From positions 14,727,932-14,791,915 of the forward strand of contig NC_068984.1 of assembly GCF_001194135.2 (NCBI RefSeq): 63,984 nucleotides of DNA, given 5' to 3'. The translations under genes and the position numbers were made by a program. Origin of the DNA: Octopus bimaculoides (taxonomy: Eukaryota). Under the pieces are notes generated by a model. That model was not told the DNA's origin. It did no database searches and saw only the letters and a program-made list of their open reading frames with translations. Positions 51,829 to 63,984 of this stretch are shown here, piece by piece (the first letter of the stretch is position 1; every line of letters begins with the position of its first letter).

Positions 51829-53429
51829 AGAATACGATTTAGCTGCAGATTGACCTTATGTGCCTCGAGTCATTAATCGGATACCTTATCTCCTCAGCCG
51901 TTTCGTCTCCCCTTTGCAGTAATCACTAAAGTCGGTTCTGAGATACTATAGTGAGCCAAAAAATGTTTTAATTGCAATTACAGACGTAATGAACAGAAAA
52001 TATCAGTGTTATTACTTCGATGATTCATTCTAGTCGAGAAAGGAAAGGAAGATAACCTTGAAATTTAAATCAAAATTAATTTAATATAGCATGCCAGCAA
52101 TACAGTGAGCAATGATTCTGATGTATGACTATAAATCAGTGTTTGAAACACACCCTCCCCCAAGTCAATAAATAAACATTAATGAATAAATGAGTATTTG
52201 TGGAATTGACTAATTCTTTGCTACGAATCACCGCCCTTGTACCAATATCAAACATTAATATATAGAGTTCTGTAGATAATTTCGAATTTTATTTCCTGAA
52301 ACTTTTACGCCTTTCGATCCCCCACCTCACCCCCACATATCTAAAATACTTCTGTTGTCTTCAGGATAATCCGGGCTTACATACTCATTGAGACCCCCAC
52401 CGATTTTATACCATTCTTAGTTACCTCGGCATTCGTCACCTGCTCCGTTCTGTGCATCAGAAGTCACAACGATCCAGGAACCAACGTCATTGCCAACACC
52501 TTTCAACGTTATCCTCGTAATTCGAAGTCCCATATATTACGCTGCTAGCTTATAACTCAGTGTATGATGCACCAGCTTAATCTGCTTTCTCACCGAGTCC
52601 ACAGCTTTCAAAATATAGACCTAGAGTCTTCTATGCTATGCACTACCCTCGATCGAAAGAGATGTCGCTCCATGCATGTCAGGGCTACCACAAATTGTTC
52701 ACTTGAAGTCAAAAGAAAACGTATTCAGTCCTTGCTGGTACACAAATACGTGATCTCTCTTCTCTCTCGTTCTTAAATAAAAGCCCCTAATAGCGACTCG
52801 CCTTCCCTAATCACATGACTCTGCTAAGTACAGTTTTTTCACACCCAGGTAATTCATAGTCATCCTCTCTCTCTCTCTCTCTAACAGTTGTGGCGCTAAC
52901 GAAAGGAAAACTGATATATCCATCTTTGACTCTCAACTGAGATTTCCTTTTCTTCATTTGTTAAAGCGTTCACGTACGCTTATTGTCGTTGCTAACAGCA
53001 ACGTTCGAATTTTTCGAATTAATATTATTTGTAATCATTGTTTTTCATGTGAAGTGTGTACGTCCTGTTGTGTGCGATTTAATTTGTTTCTCCTTGTTTT
53101 GGTTTCCCTGCTTCTACTGCTGCTGCGTTCATTCACAGTGTTGTCTTTCCAGCAAGCAGCCATCTAAAGTTGAAAATGTACACAAAATATTTTGTTCAAA
53201 AATTTCCAAAACTAACAGACCGTTTATGCTTCCTTGTATGGAAAGACGTCTAAAGTATTCGTGACTGACTATCTGAAAGGGGTCGTCAACAAATGTTTTT
53301 CTTCGGGTGTTTGGCAGTTAATCCAGAATTCATGAAGCAAGCAGAAGCCCATCCAGATAAATAAAACCACAACAATGATAATACTAGTGGTATCAGCAAC
53401 AACATTATTATTATTATTTGTAGTAGTCG

Positions 53430-53630
53430 TCCTTTCTACAATAGGCACAAACCCTAAAATTTTAGAGAGGGGATGGGACTAACCGAATACATTGATTCCA
53501 GTACCTGACTGGTATTTGTTCTATCAACCCGAAAGGATGAAAGGCAAGGTCGACCTAAGCAGAATTTGAACTCAGAACGTAAAAAGGCGCAAGTTTTTTA
53601 TCCGATGCGCTAACAATGCAGCCAGCTTCT
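53430..53630 (-). mobile_element. SINE family B
   Basis: cccgaaaggatgaaaggcaaggtcgacc..gaatttgaactcagaacg. Confidence 0.8.
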
Positions 53631-54004
53631 AATATAAATAACTGTTTCTGATGCTGGAGAAAGGTTAACTCTTCAGTGGAGGTGGATTAGCTGACACCAT
53701 CGCCTTCCGTAAGTCACTGGTAACTTTATTTTATCTAACCCGGAGGGGTTAAAGACAAAGTCTTCCTCAACGGGTACAAGGATACAATTTGAGAACAATT
53801 TAGGTACAAGACCTGGAATTTTTGAGGTGATGGGGTATTTGATTTCAAAGACGCAGCATTTGAGTCTTTCTTTATATTATCCACTCCAGAAAGATAAAAA
53901 GCAAAGTGGGTACCGGTGAGTATTGAACTCTGATTGTAAAGCGGCACAACTAAATAGGGTAAAGCGTTTTGCCCACAGTTCTACTAATTCTGAAACTAAA
54001 CTCC

Positions 54005-54165
54005 CTCTATTTCTCTCTCTCTCTCTCTTTCTCACTGTCTCTCTGTTTCTCTCTCTGTCTCTCTCGTTCTCTCTCTCTCATTGTCTATCTGTTTCTCTCT
54101 CTTTCTCTCTTTCTCTCTCTCACTGTCTCTCTGTTTCTTTCTCTCTCTCACTCTCTCTCTCTCTC

Positions 54166-54196
<31 letters not shown>

Positions 54197-54222
54197 CCCT
54201 CACTTTCTTTCTCTCTCCCTCT
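54005..54222. repeat. degenerate (CT)n tract
   Basis: Direct reading. Confidence 0.95.
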
Positions 54223-54914
54223 AAAAAATGATACTTTTGATAAATCATTAGTTTCATTCCGTTACATGTCTGTCCACTCTGTCATCTTGTTTTTCCTACG
54301 AACTTACGACTGTTATAGAAAGGAACTTGGCTTCGATTTTTGTTTCGAATTCCTTATCTTCATCTATGTCGCCAAAGTGTTTGCAAAACCAAGAACATCA
54401 CAACTATTTTCAGGTTTCGTACCTCTATACCAAATTCTTCATCTTTCAAAGAGTGAAGATGATCGAAACGTTATAGAGTTAGATTAAATTCCAAAGAACT
54501 TCATGGCTCTAAATCTGGTACTTCGTTACACCGAGATGGAATCTTGTATAAATGGAAGAAGGGAATATATTGTCGCTGTCGCTGACGTCACTGATGATGT
54601 CATCATAATTATCATTTAGTCCCAATTCCAGCCCTGAACAGAAGATCTATTATCAGAGATAGTCTTACAGTAACCATACCATCTTGTTTTCAGACATTGT
54701 AAAGTCTAGGGTTGCATCGTCTAATGCGTCCATTACTTTTTAACACGCTAAAGTGTGACTTGAGGGAGATATAAGTGCTATTTCTAATAAGGTTAGCGAT
54801 CGTGTAAAGATTCCTTCATTGGCTCGAAGTTACTATAGTATAGTGTGAAGGTGTGTACATATGTACTGTGTATATATTTATAGGTATGTATATGTCTTTG
54901 ATTAACAACGGTAA

Positions 54915-55285
54915 GCGCAGGCATAGCAATGCGGTTGAGAAGCTCGTTTCGCAAACACGTTGATTCGAGTTCGATCCCATCGAACAGCATCTTTGACAAA
55001 TGTTTTCGATAGCCCTAAGATGATCAATGCCTTGTGAGTGAATTTGATGGACAGAAACTGTATGGAAGCCTGTCGTATTTGTCTATGAGTGTGCCCATTT
55101 GTGCTTGTGCTTGTCTCCACCTCACAGCACGAAAACCATTGTTTGTATGTTTACGTCTCCGTAAATTAGCGTTTCAACAAAAGCGACCGATGAACTAGTA
55201 AGTGCTGATGTTCATCTGTTTGACTTAACACCACAAGGGAATGCTCCAGTACGACCAAAGTCTAATGACTAAAAGAAGCAAAAGG
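54915..55285 (+). mobile_element. SINE family A-related, old copy
   Basis: aagcgcaggcatagcaatgcggt..gccttgtgagtgaatttg..ggacagaaactg..aatgctccagta. Confidence 0.6.
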
Positions 55286-55651
55286 TGACACGTTAATCTA
55301 CACATAATGAAGTATGTTTAAAAACAATTATCATTGAAGGATGTTTAGGGTAGAAAATCACAGAAAACGCTGAGGAACACGAGGTACGAAATGATAAAAA
55401 CCAGGTAAGAATTTATTTGAATCATCCATTCATATTCTTGTTCGATATCCACTGGAATATCTTTGATACAGCCTCTCAGTAAATGGTAAGTATCGTTAAA
55501 TATTGTAACTTTTTGTTATAACTTTTAACAAATGTATCAAACGCGTCTCAATAAAGGACAACATTATTTAAACAAAACTACTTTCCTTGTATTTATTTAT
55601 TTATTCATTTATTTATTTATATGTGCCTCTGTGTGTATGCTTGCTTATATA

Positions 55652-55893
55652 CAGTAGAACCTCGGTTTTCGAACAACTCTGATCACGAATAAATCATGCT
55701 TTATATATATATATATATATCAATATATTACGGAGATGTACTTGCATAGCAAGTGACATGATCTGAGATCGTGTGCTGAAACAAAAACTATTGCAGCACT
55801 GCAATTGTTTATATCAATATAGATAGATAGATAGATAGATATAAAGCACGATTTATTCGTGAACAGAGTTGTTCGAAAACCGAGGTACTACTG
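55652..55893. mobile_element. pogo/Tigger-type MITE
   Basis: TIRs CAGTAGAACCTCGGTTTTCGAACAACTCTG.. / ..CAGAGTTGTTCGAAAACCGAGGTACTACTG (~55 bp), with TA on both flanks. Confidence 0.85.
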
Positions 55894-56315
55894 TATACTC
55901 TTTTACTCGTTTACTCTTTTACTCTTTTACTTGTTTCAGTCATTTTGACTGCGGCCATGCTGGAGCACCGCCTTTAGTCGAGAAAATTGACCCCGGGACT
56001 TATTCTTTGTAAGCCTAGTACTTATTCTATCGGTCTCTTTTTTCCGAACCGCTAAGTTACGGGAACGTAAACACACCAGCATCGGTTGTCAAGCGGTGGT
56101 GGGGGGACAAACACAGACACACAAACACACATACATATATACACATATATACGACGGGCTTCTTTCAGTTTCCGTCTACCAAATCCACTCACAAGGTTTT
56201 GGTCGGCCCGAGGCTATAGTAGAAGACACTTGCCCAAGGTGCCACGCAGTGGGACTGAACCCAGAACCATGTGGTTAGTAAGCAAGCTACTTACCACACA
56301 GCCACTCCTGCGCCT
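55894..56315 (-). mobile_element. SINE family A, full length, closest to consensus
   Basis: Head AGGCGCAGGAGTGGCTGTGTGG..GGTTCAGTCCC..ACCTTGGGCAAG; tail ends in repeated TAAAAGAG. Confidence 0.92.
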
Positions 56316-56326
56316 ATATATATACA

Positions 56327-56678
56327 CAAAAACAATTGCAGCGTGGAAGGTGTTTGTAAGCCATTTAAGAACACACAAAAACCGTTCGTTTTACTTCAAT
56401 ATTTAAATTTAACTTGTGTCAAAATATTTTCGTAGCTTTGAAACCGCGACCTGTTCACTGACAAAACTTTATGATGCAGCACGAAGTTTTGAAGTTTTTG
56501 TCAGTGAACAGGTCGCGGTTTCAAAACGACGAAAATATTTTGACACAAGTTGAATTTAAATGTTAAAGTTAAATTAACGGTGTTCTTAAATGGCTTACAA
56601 ACGTCTTCCACGTTGCAATTGTTTTTGTTTCAGCACACGATCTCAGATCAAGTTACTCGCTATGCAATTACATCTCCC
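56327..56678. mobile_element. palindromic (fold-back) MITE
   Basis: The ~145-bp arm at 56327-56470 pairs with 56483-56625; the right arm extends a further ~55 bp; flanked by (TA)n. Confidence 0.75.
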
Positions 56679-56712
<34 letters not shown>

Positions 56713-56925
56713 CATACATATATATGTGAAAGGGTGTTGAAACGTACCTTTAAGGGTATCTCGAAAGGCCCGGCTGGAGGCCTAACCTTCCAACTTCTTT
56801 TATAAGGCTTAGAAAACTAAAGGACTGCTGCAATAAGTGTGTGCATCTGAGAGGGGAATAATCAACTGATCTTCCTGTATTCTCTTTTACCCGAAGCCAA
56901 GAACTTTTCAGCACCCTCCCTTGTG

Positions 56926-56966
<41 letters not shown>

Positions 56967-56984
56967 AAAAATTACTTTCAACTA

Positions 56985-57170
56985 TAGACACAAAGCCTGA
57001 AATTTTGAGAAAGGGGAACAGTCGATTAAGTCGACCCCAGCGCTCGAATGAAACTTATTTTCTTGAAAGGAGAAAAAGGAAAGACGACCTCAGGAGAATT
57101 TGAACTAGGAGCGCAAAGACGGACGAAACACCGCTAATATTTTATCAATCGTGCTAACGGTTCTGCCATC
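56985..57170 (-). mobile_element. SINE family B, diverged
   Basis: gtcgaccccagc..gaatttgaact..gtgctaacggttctgcca. Confidence 0.7.
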
Positions 57171-57513
57171 AATGGTTTGAATGGCCGAAACTTCGATATC
57201 ACTGTCAATAGTATTTTGTTTAAAAATAATAAATATTATATAATATACGTTAATGTTAAAGTTCGTTTTTATGCCATTGATATAAAAAATCAAACTAAAG
57301 AATTACTCAAAACTTCTTGTAGAATACATACCAATGTACATTCACAAGAAGAGTGACAGCGATTTCAAAGTTTCAGCCTGCTACCTGACGAAGGCGACCA
57401 AACTGAAACACACACACACTCACACACACATACACACTCACACACATATACACACATACACATACACATATACACACATACACACACACACACACACACG
57501 CATACACATATAT

Positions 57514-58000
57514 ATTCTTTTATTTGTTTCAGTCATCTGACTCCGGCCATGCTGGAGCACCGCCTTTAGTCGAGCAAATCGGCCCCAGGACTTATTCTTT
57601 GTAAGCCTAGTACTTATTCTATCGGTCTCTTTTGCCGATCCACTAAGTTACATATAAATACGACGGGCTTCTTTCAGTTTCCTATTTCTTTATTGTCCAC
57701 AAGGGGCTAAATATAGAGGGGACAAACAAGGACAAATGGATAAAGTCGATTACATCGACTCCAGTGCGTAACTGGTACTTAATGTATCGACCCCGAAAGG
57801 ATGAAAGGCAAAGTTGACCTCGGCGCAGTTTGAACTCAGAACGTAACGGCATACGAAATACCGCTAAGCATTTCACCCGACGCACTAACGTTTCTGCCAA
57901 CTCGCCGCATTCTTTCAGTTTCCGTCTACCAAATCCATTCACAAGGCTTTGGTCCGCTAGAGGCTATAGTAGGAGACACTTGCCCAAGGTGCCACGCAAT
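57514..58000 (-). mobile_element. SINE family A interrupted by a family B insertion
   Basis: Tail half at 57514-57682 and head half at 57910-58000. Confidence 0.85.
57683..57909 (-). mobile_element. SINE family B, full length, nested, 14-bp TSD
   Basis: TSD ttctttcagtttcc at 57669-57682 and 57910-57923. Head GGCGAGTTGGCAGAAACGTTAG, B-box GAGTTCAAA, central GCCTTTCATCCTTTCGGGGTCGAT. Confidence 0.92.
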
Positions 58001-59247
58001 ACAGCGAGAGGCAGAGTAAACAAATGAGCTTCAAACTTGGAGTTTCGAAAGAAGCGGAAGAATTGAGTAGGGGATGAGTAGGATGAAGTGAAGCTGCGGT
58101 AAAGATGGAAGTCAATGGATTTTTATAAGACGGAGTTAAGGAGTTTGAGGAATGGAATGGCTGTAGCACTCATCATTTCTCAGTATTTCTTTCTGTTAAC
58201 TAATAACAAAGACAATAAAATTGTAGGGAATGGGAAATAGGATATTATTATATATAAGCCTTTTCTAAAGATATTTGTGTTATAAAGTTAATGAGAAAGT
58301 TTTAAACAATGAATTCTGATTAACAAACAAAATATTCGTGTAAAAATAGACGAAAAATAGCGACATAGCGAGATTGATATTTTCATTTTAACTTTTGTAG
58401 TTGTGTTGATAGGGCTTTTGTGAGGAAGGTTGTCTATGGTCAGAAAGTGAATTGAAGTTCTGAGAAAAAAACTTGAGAAATGGTGCTACCAGTGGAACCT
58501 TTCTCTCACCAAGAGTATTTATACAAAATCACTTCTGTACACATTCAAGGTGCAAGCACTGTCTGGATATATAAATGTCTTGCTTGTTCTCGAGAGGAAA
58601 CATGTCTTAGAATGGTCTGTGCTGCGCAATTTAAACCGGTACAATTCTTGAATTGATCTTTCTAGGCTGAGAATAAAATTTTGTCCAAATTCCAATGAAT
58701 TATTCCTTTATATTGTAATACTTTCATGTCGTATGAATAAATATATATTTTTTTGATGTTTAAACGAGTCCTGTCCCTCTTGCATTTACATCAGCTTAGA
58801 GTGTAATTGTTGCTGACACAAAGCTTTAGGTGAAGAGAAAAACATACTTCTGGATATTAAAAGAACTTTTAGAGGTTACAAGATAATTATTTTTCCGTGT
58901 CAGAGATTATATAATAGCTTCTTTCGAACGACTACATAAGAACTTCAAAAATGAAAAAAATAGAAATGTATTAAAGAATGAAATCAAGATATAAATAACT
59001 AAAAGCATATGCAAAAATCATCTACTAAAATATTATATTAACTTGTTTCAATGTAAAAAAAATAGAATATTGTTATCATTCACTCTTTCAAAAACTATTC
59101 TTATGATTTTATAGATATTGATTGAAAATATTCTTTCAGAATCACGCAATAAATATCTGACAGTTATAGCAAGCCGTAGTAGTATTTGTATCATACAGTG
59201 AACTTCTTAGAATAGATTTGTAAGTTTAATTATTGTGAAGAGTGAAG

Positions 59248-59285
59248 AATTTAACGTTTCAGGGCCTTTCCTTTCGTCAGAGATT
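59248..59285 (-). ncRNA. minimal type I hammerhead ribozyme-like motif
   Basis: AATCT CTGACGA AAGGAAAGGCCCT GAAAC GTT AAATT: intact core boxes and palindromic stem III (AACGTT), with one mismatch each in stems I and II. Confidence 0.5.
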
Positions 59286-59739
59286 GGGGAAGGAATAGAA
59301 AAGAAGAAACTAGTGTCATCAGTGTCATCGTTTTGACGTCAAGCCAGTAAATGTATTTAATATTATAATAACAAGATATGAGAATATCAATATTTTATAT
59401 ATTATAACTTTATAAATATCGTGAATGTTACACAATCATCTGCTTAAAGAGATAATAAGGATAAGAAAAGATATATCCAGAAGATAACGGTATCAAAATA
59501 AATATATTTATAATATTATATTCACTCTATATAATTAACATTTGAAATGAATTAATTTACCTTGTCATCTGAATAAGAAAACCGACAAATGTGATAGAAA
59601 TCAAATTAAAAAAGATTATATTTTTTATGAATGTAATCGTCTGAACTGAAACAATTTGACCTCATTTTCATAAGTAAATCTTTATGATCATATTATTATA
59701 ATGATCTTTATATGACCCCCCACCACCACCACCACCATC

Positions 59740-60000
59740 TATGAATTTCAACATATACTTGCGTCGGTGAAAAATCACAGACACCACATAACACGTTCCA
59801 TCATCAATGTCCTATGATCGTAGTAGTCGCGGCAGCACTATCCTCCATCAGAGTCTTGAAGGACGCTATCGGTTCATATTCCACTGAGTTCGTTCTCTTA
59901 TCATGACTTGGTTAGCAAGTACGTCTGTTGGAATAAGATTCAGTCTAGCTAGCAAGTCTTTTAAAGTAACATCAAGACTTATTTTCATTTCACCCTCGTA
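59740..60000 (-). mobile_element. possible mariner 5' end relic
   Basis: The minus strand begins TACGAGGGTG (typical mariner TIR start) and later encodes a degenerate VEIHR motif. Confidence 0.35.
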
Positions 60001-62078
60001 GCAAGAATACATATATTTCTATAATTAAAGATTTAGTATATTCTTTTATGGTCATACGACTCTCAGTCTGCATAAAGCATGATGATATCTTTATCCTGTA
60101 TCCTAATTCAGCGTGAGAATAACAAATATCATAAATTTTTAAAATGTTGGTGGATGTCTCAAATATCATAGCACTGTGCAATTCTTTGGCTATATTTGTT
60201 GTTTCTTTTGCGTTCTGATTCCCAATAGCGAGGTGGGATACAACATTGTCTTTCATCTTTCCAATGTCGATAAAGAGAATAAAGAGAATATCAGTCAAAT
60301 TTTGGTGTCGGTTTTAAATAAATACAATCCAAACACTATGCTCGATTTAACCGACTGTAACATCAACCACCCATAGTATACAGTCTAGTGTCAATTCAGA
60401 AACGAACATTGATAGTATACTCAGACATGGAATACCACACTTGGAGGGAAAGAGCATAGTCGTTTAATATTGACCCCAGTTTGTGAGTGACACTTTATTT
60501 TGTCGATCTCGAAAGAATGGAAGTAGAGTTGGCCTTGGTAGAATTTGAAATCAGCATGAAAAGGAATGTAACTAAATAGCACAAGGTTACATTTCAAAAC
60601 TATTCAATCATACATCAATTACAATTAAAGAAGAACAAAAACACTCTACCGGACGATACAACCAAGTAAGTGCAATCCACAACCATCGAAATTCAATTCA
60701 TTACATCTCAAACACATCCCATTCGAAACCCGTTCAAATCCAAGAGAGTCCCTCGTCACCACAACATACTATTTAGAACTACAACAAAAATATATAAACA
60801 ATTACATCTTCAATAAAACAACTCTTCCATTTATTGATATAAAAAAATTATTGTTTAAATTAACTAATAATAATCTTCTATATTTATTGTTTATCGGAGA
60901 GATAATTCTGTAGTAGATATGAATAAAAACCTAATAAAAGTTTTTTCCTTGTTTACTTAATTTATCATAGGGAGAATTCCGTAATAGACTTTAATATAGA
61001 CTTAAGGCTGTAAATGCGATAACCAAAGTACGCTATAGATATATATTTAGGCTATAGTAATTGGAAATCAAATTTACTAATTTTTTTTAGAGGTAACCAG
61101 ATTTGAAGTTACTTAAATAATGATTGTTATTCGTATATTATGGAAGGGAGGATTTGGTAAATCGATAGAAATCACTAATATAAACCAAACAAATAATAAG
61201 GATTGTTCTCCATGAACTAATCAATATTATTATTTACAAAATGAGGGATCATACATAGTGCATATCCAAACTCTATCAATACTTTCAGTAGTAACAAACA
61301 ACATTGTTGCAATAAGAATACAATTTATAAACTCTACAATACTATGATAATTATTATTCTGATTATCAAATTTATTTAGTAAGTCAAATGAAACTACTTA
61401 TTATTATCATCATTATTTTAATTATCATCAATTAATTAATAAATTAAATAAGTGTATTTATACACATATTCATTTAGTATAATGAAGACATCTCATTTGT
61501 GATATGTAATTAATATTAAGTACTAATATAATGGTAAATTTAACAGTAACTACAAGAATGTTCACTAAAATGAAGCAATTCAGAATTGGTCCACTAATAA
61601 CCAATTTTCGAAATTAAGTTGTGTAGATTAAGATGACAAAACTCAAATATATACATATCTGCACACACATACATACACACACATACATACATACATNNNN
61701 NNNNNNNNNNNNNNNNNNNNNNNNNNNNNNNNNNNNNNNNNNNNNNNNNNNNNNNNNNNNNNNNNNNNNNNNNNNNNNNNNNNNNNNNNNNNNNNNNNNN
61801 NNNNNNNNNNNNNNNNNNNNNNNNNNNNNNNNNNNNNNNNNNNNNNNNNNNNNNNNNNNNNNNNNNNNNNNNNNNNNNNNNNNNNNNNNNNNNNNNNNNN
61901 NNNNNNNNNNNNNNNNNNNNNNNNNNNNNNNNNNNNNNNNNNNNNNNNNNNNNNNNNNNNNNNNNNNNNNNNNNNNNNNNNNNNNNNNNNNNNNNNNNNN
62001 NNNNNNNNNNATATATATATACATACATACATACATACATACATACATGATATGGTTGTTTACGCACCTTATTCATAG

Positions 62079-62116
62079 TTCCTGCTAAGAAAAGTAACGA
62101 GTTTCGTAGACAAGAG
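62079..62116 (+). other. candidate 38-nt microexon
   Basis: ccttattcatAG | TTCCTGCTAAGAAAAGTAACGAGTTTCGTAGACAAGAG | GTAAGT; one frame is open (xPAKKSNEFRRQE). Confidence 0.3.
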
Positions 62117-62493
62117 GTAAGTTCCTAGCGAACCAATGCGAAGACGACCAAGTGGACTCGATTCAGACGTGATACATATTCGCCTCCTTTCACTTAAACA
62201 TCTAATGTTGTGAGAGAACGTATGAAATTACCTCTGCTAACGTACAAAGTAAGTCTCTAATGTTTGTGTTTTAATCCAACACAATTCGGTTGCAGTTCAA
62301 ACCCTAATCCTCCTTTATTTAAAAGAAAATCCTCAAATATCACAACGTGTCATTTCCAATTATTCTAAATGGTTGTGGATTTCTAACAAATCCCCTTCCA
62401 CATCTAGAATCACTTTTATATAATTAATCTACAGACTCAGAGCGAAGCTTTATCTTTCTTTACATGCAAGGTCACAGCTATGGAGATGTTTCT

Positions 62494-62731
62494 TATTTCT
62501 GTATTGCCCACAAGGGGCTACACACAAAGGGGACAAACAAGGACAGACAAACGGTTTAAGTCGATTATATCGACCCCAGTGCGTAACTGGTACTTATTTA
62601 ATCGACCCCGAAAGGATGAAAGGCAAAGTTGACCTCGGCGGAATTTGATCTGAGAACGTAGCGGCAGACGAAATACCGCTAAGCATTTCGCCCAGCGTGC
62701 TAACGTTTCTGCCAGCTCGCCGCCTTTAGAG
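62494..62731 (-). mobile_element. SINE family B, full length, 18-bp TSD
   Basis: TSD agctatggagatgtttct at 62476-62493 and 62732-62749. Confidence 0.93.
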
Positions 62732-63204
62732 AGCTATGGAGATGTTTCTGTGTATTAGCTCTCATCAGTTCATTGTAGCCTGATTAGGTTTGCTTTAATC
62801 AACTAACTGTAGCTTTTACATGCACAATGATAGATTTTTGGTTGATTAAATGTAATTGTTTATGCCTTGTTCCTTGAGAGTCGTTAAATCTACTGTTAGC
62901 TTTTTGTTGTCTTTCTTCAACTTATTTCACGTTTCCCCCATCCACAAAACGCTCCGCTTTTTATCTGTTTTCATTCTCTAATCTTAGTACATCTGAAAAT
63001 GTGTAACAGAAGCTTAGTTTCAAAGACTTAAAACCACATGGGAGAAATATTCTTTTATGTCTTTCTCTGTGTAGATAGCGAACGGAAATAAGGATGTAAT
63101 AAAAATTAATTAGATTAAATTACATTGATTAATTATTTGAATAATTAAAGAAAGATAAGAAGAAAACTGGTGGAAAATAGCAGAGGTGTCAATATACAAG
63201 TCAG

Positions 63205-63410
63205 CAAGCTGGCAGAATTGTTAGGACGCTGAACAAAATGCCTAGCGGTATTTCGTCCGGTATTTCTGAGTTCAAATTCTGCGTAAGTCGGCTTTACCTT
63301 TCATCCTTTCAGGGTTGATAAAATAAGTATCAGTTGAACACTGGAGTCGACGTAATTGATTTAACACCTCCTCCCGGACTTGCTGGCTTTGTGCCAACAT
63401 TTGAAACCAA
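63205..63410 (+). mobile_element. SINE family B
   Basis: aagctggcagaattgttagg..gagttcaaatt..cctttcatcctttcagggttgataa. Confidence 0.8.
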
Positions 63411-63984
63411 TATACGCAGTATTGTAAACGAGCGTGAAAATATCTAACGATGACCGATTAGTGACCGATGGTATGGGGTCAATGCAAAAGAGCAAAAAAA
63501 AATTAATGGAAATTGAAAAATGATGACCGACTGGTGACCGATGGCGTGGTGTCAAAATCAATCTACATCAATACAACAATCACGTGTGTCTCTCAGATCA
63601 ACAAGAAACGAGAGAAATGAAATAAAAATACAAAACAGAAGAAAAAATCAATAAAACTAAGGTGTACAATAATTGTCTTATTGACAGATTTCCAAGCTGG
63701 GCTGTGTTAGTGACCAGGTCGCAGTTGAGAGACGGACATTTTGACACCTTATGAATAATAGTTTATTTTAAAGAGAATTTGACTCCCCGTGTTATAAAAC
63801 GGTTCGTCTGCAGTGTAGTTGCTTTCAGTTTTACCATATGGTCTTAGATCGAATCAGCTGCTCGACACTAAAGCTCGGCCATATAAACGTATTTCTACGT
63901 GGTGAATTGTAAAAAAAATAAGAAGGAAAATGCACAGAAAATTTAATGTTCGAAAGAATATATATATATATATATATATATATA

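Noticed and set aside
57385-57409. CTGACGA-AGGCGACCAAACT-GAAAC
   Set aside because: Only a 2-bp stem II; stems III and I are absent (microsatellite follows).
59990-60376. 102-aa and 66-aa ORFs on opposite strands
   Set aside because: No recognisable motifs; possibly decayed transposon sequence but unsupported.
1-63984. Dozens of ORF-track entries rich in CV/HT/YI/SL dipeptides or X
   Set aside because: Translations of (TG)n, (CA)n, (TA)n and (CT)n microsatellites and N gaps; not proteins.

Overview
AT-rich, gap-riddled eukaryotic scaffold. Composition, microsatellite load and tRNA-derived SINE families suggest a coleoid cephalopod, probably Octopus (inference). No intact protein-coding gene is recognisable; nearly all ORF-track entries are microsatellite translations, N-gaps or retroelement debris. 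The one confidently identified gene is the conserved microRNA mir-981 (Mir-76 family, + strand, mature ~36109-36131). Its basal stem begins 4 nt after a strong 5' splice site, suggesting a spliced host transcript. Other notable content: (1) four divergent R4/Dong-type non-LTR retrotransposon fragments in tandem (~41.7-46.85 kb), with (TAA)n at two junctions; (2) a Penelope-like element with the YRDD motif plus several hammerhead-ribozyme-like motifs, one near-intact; (3) a degenerate tRNA-Lys(TTT) with a canonical-looking 19-nt intron; (4) several fold-back/MITE hairpins and a perfect 22-bp pre-miRNA-sized hairpin; (5) dozens of modular SINEs, some with 14-18 bp TSDs, one nested and one chimeric. 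SINE labels A-E are my own. Repeat boundaries are estimated by eye.
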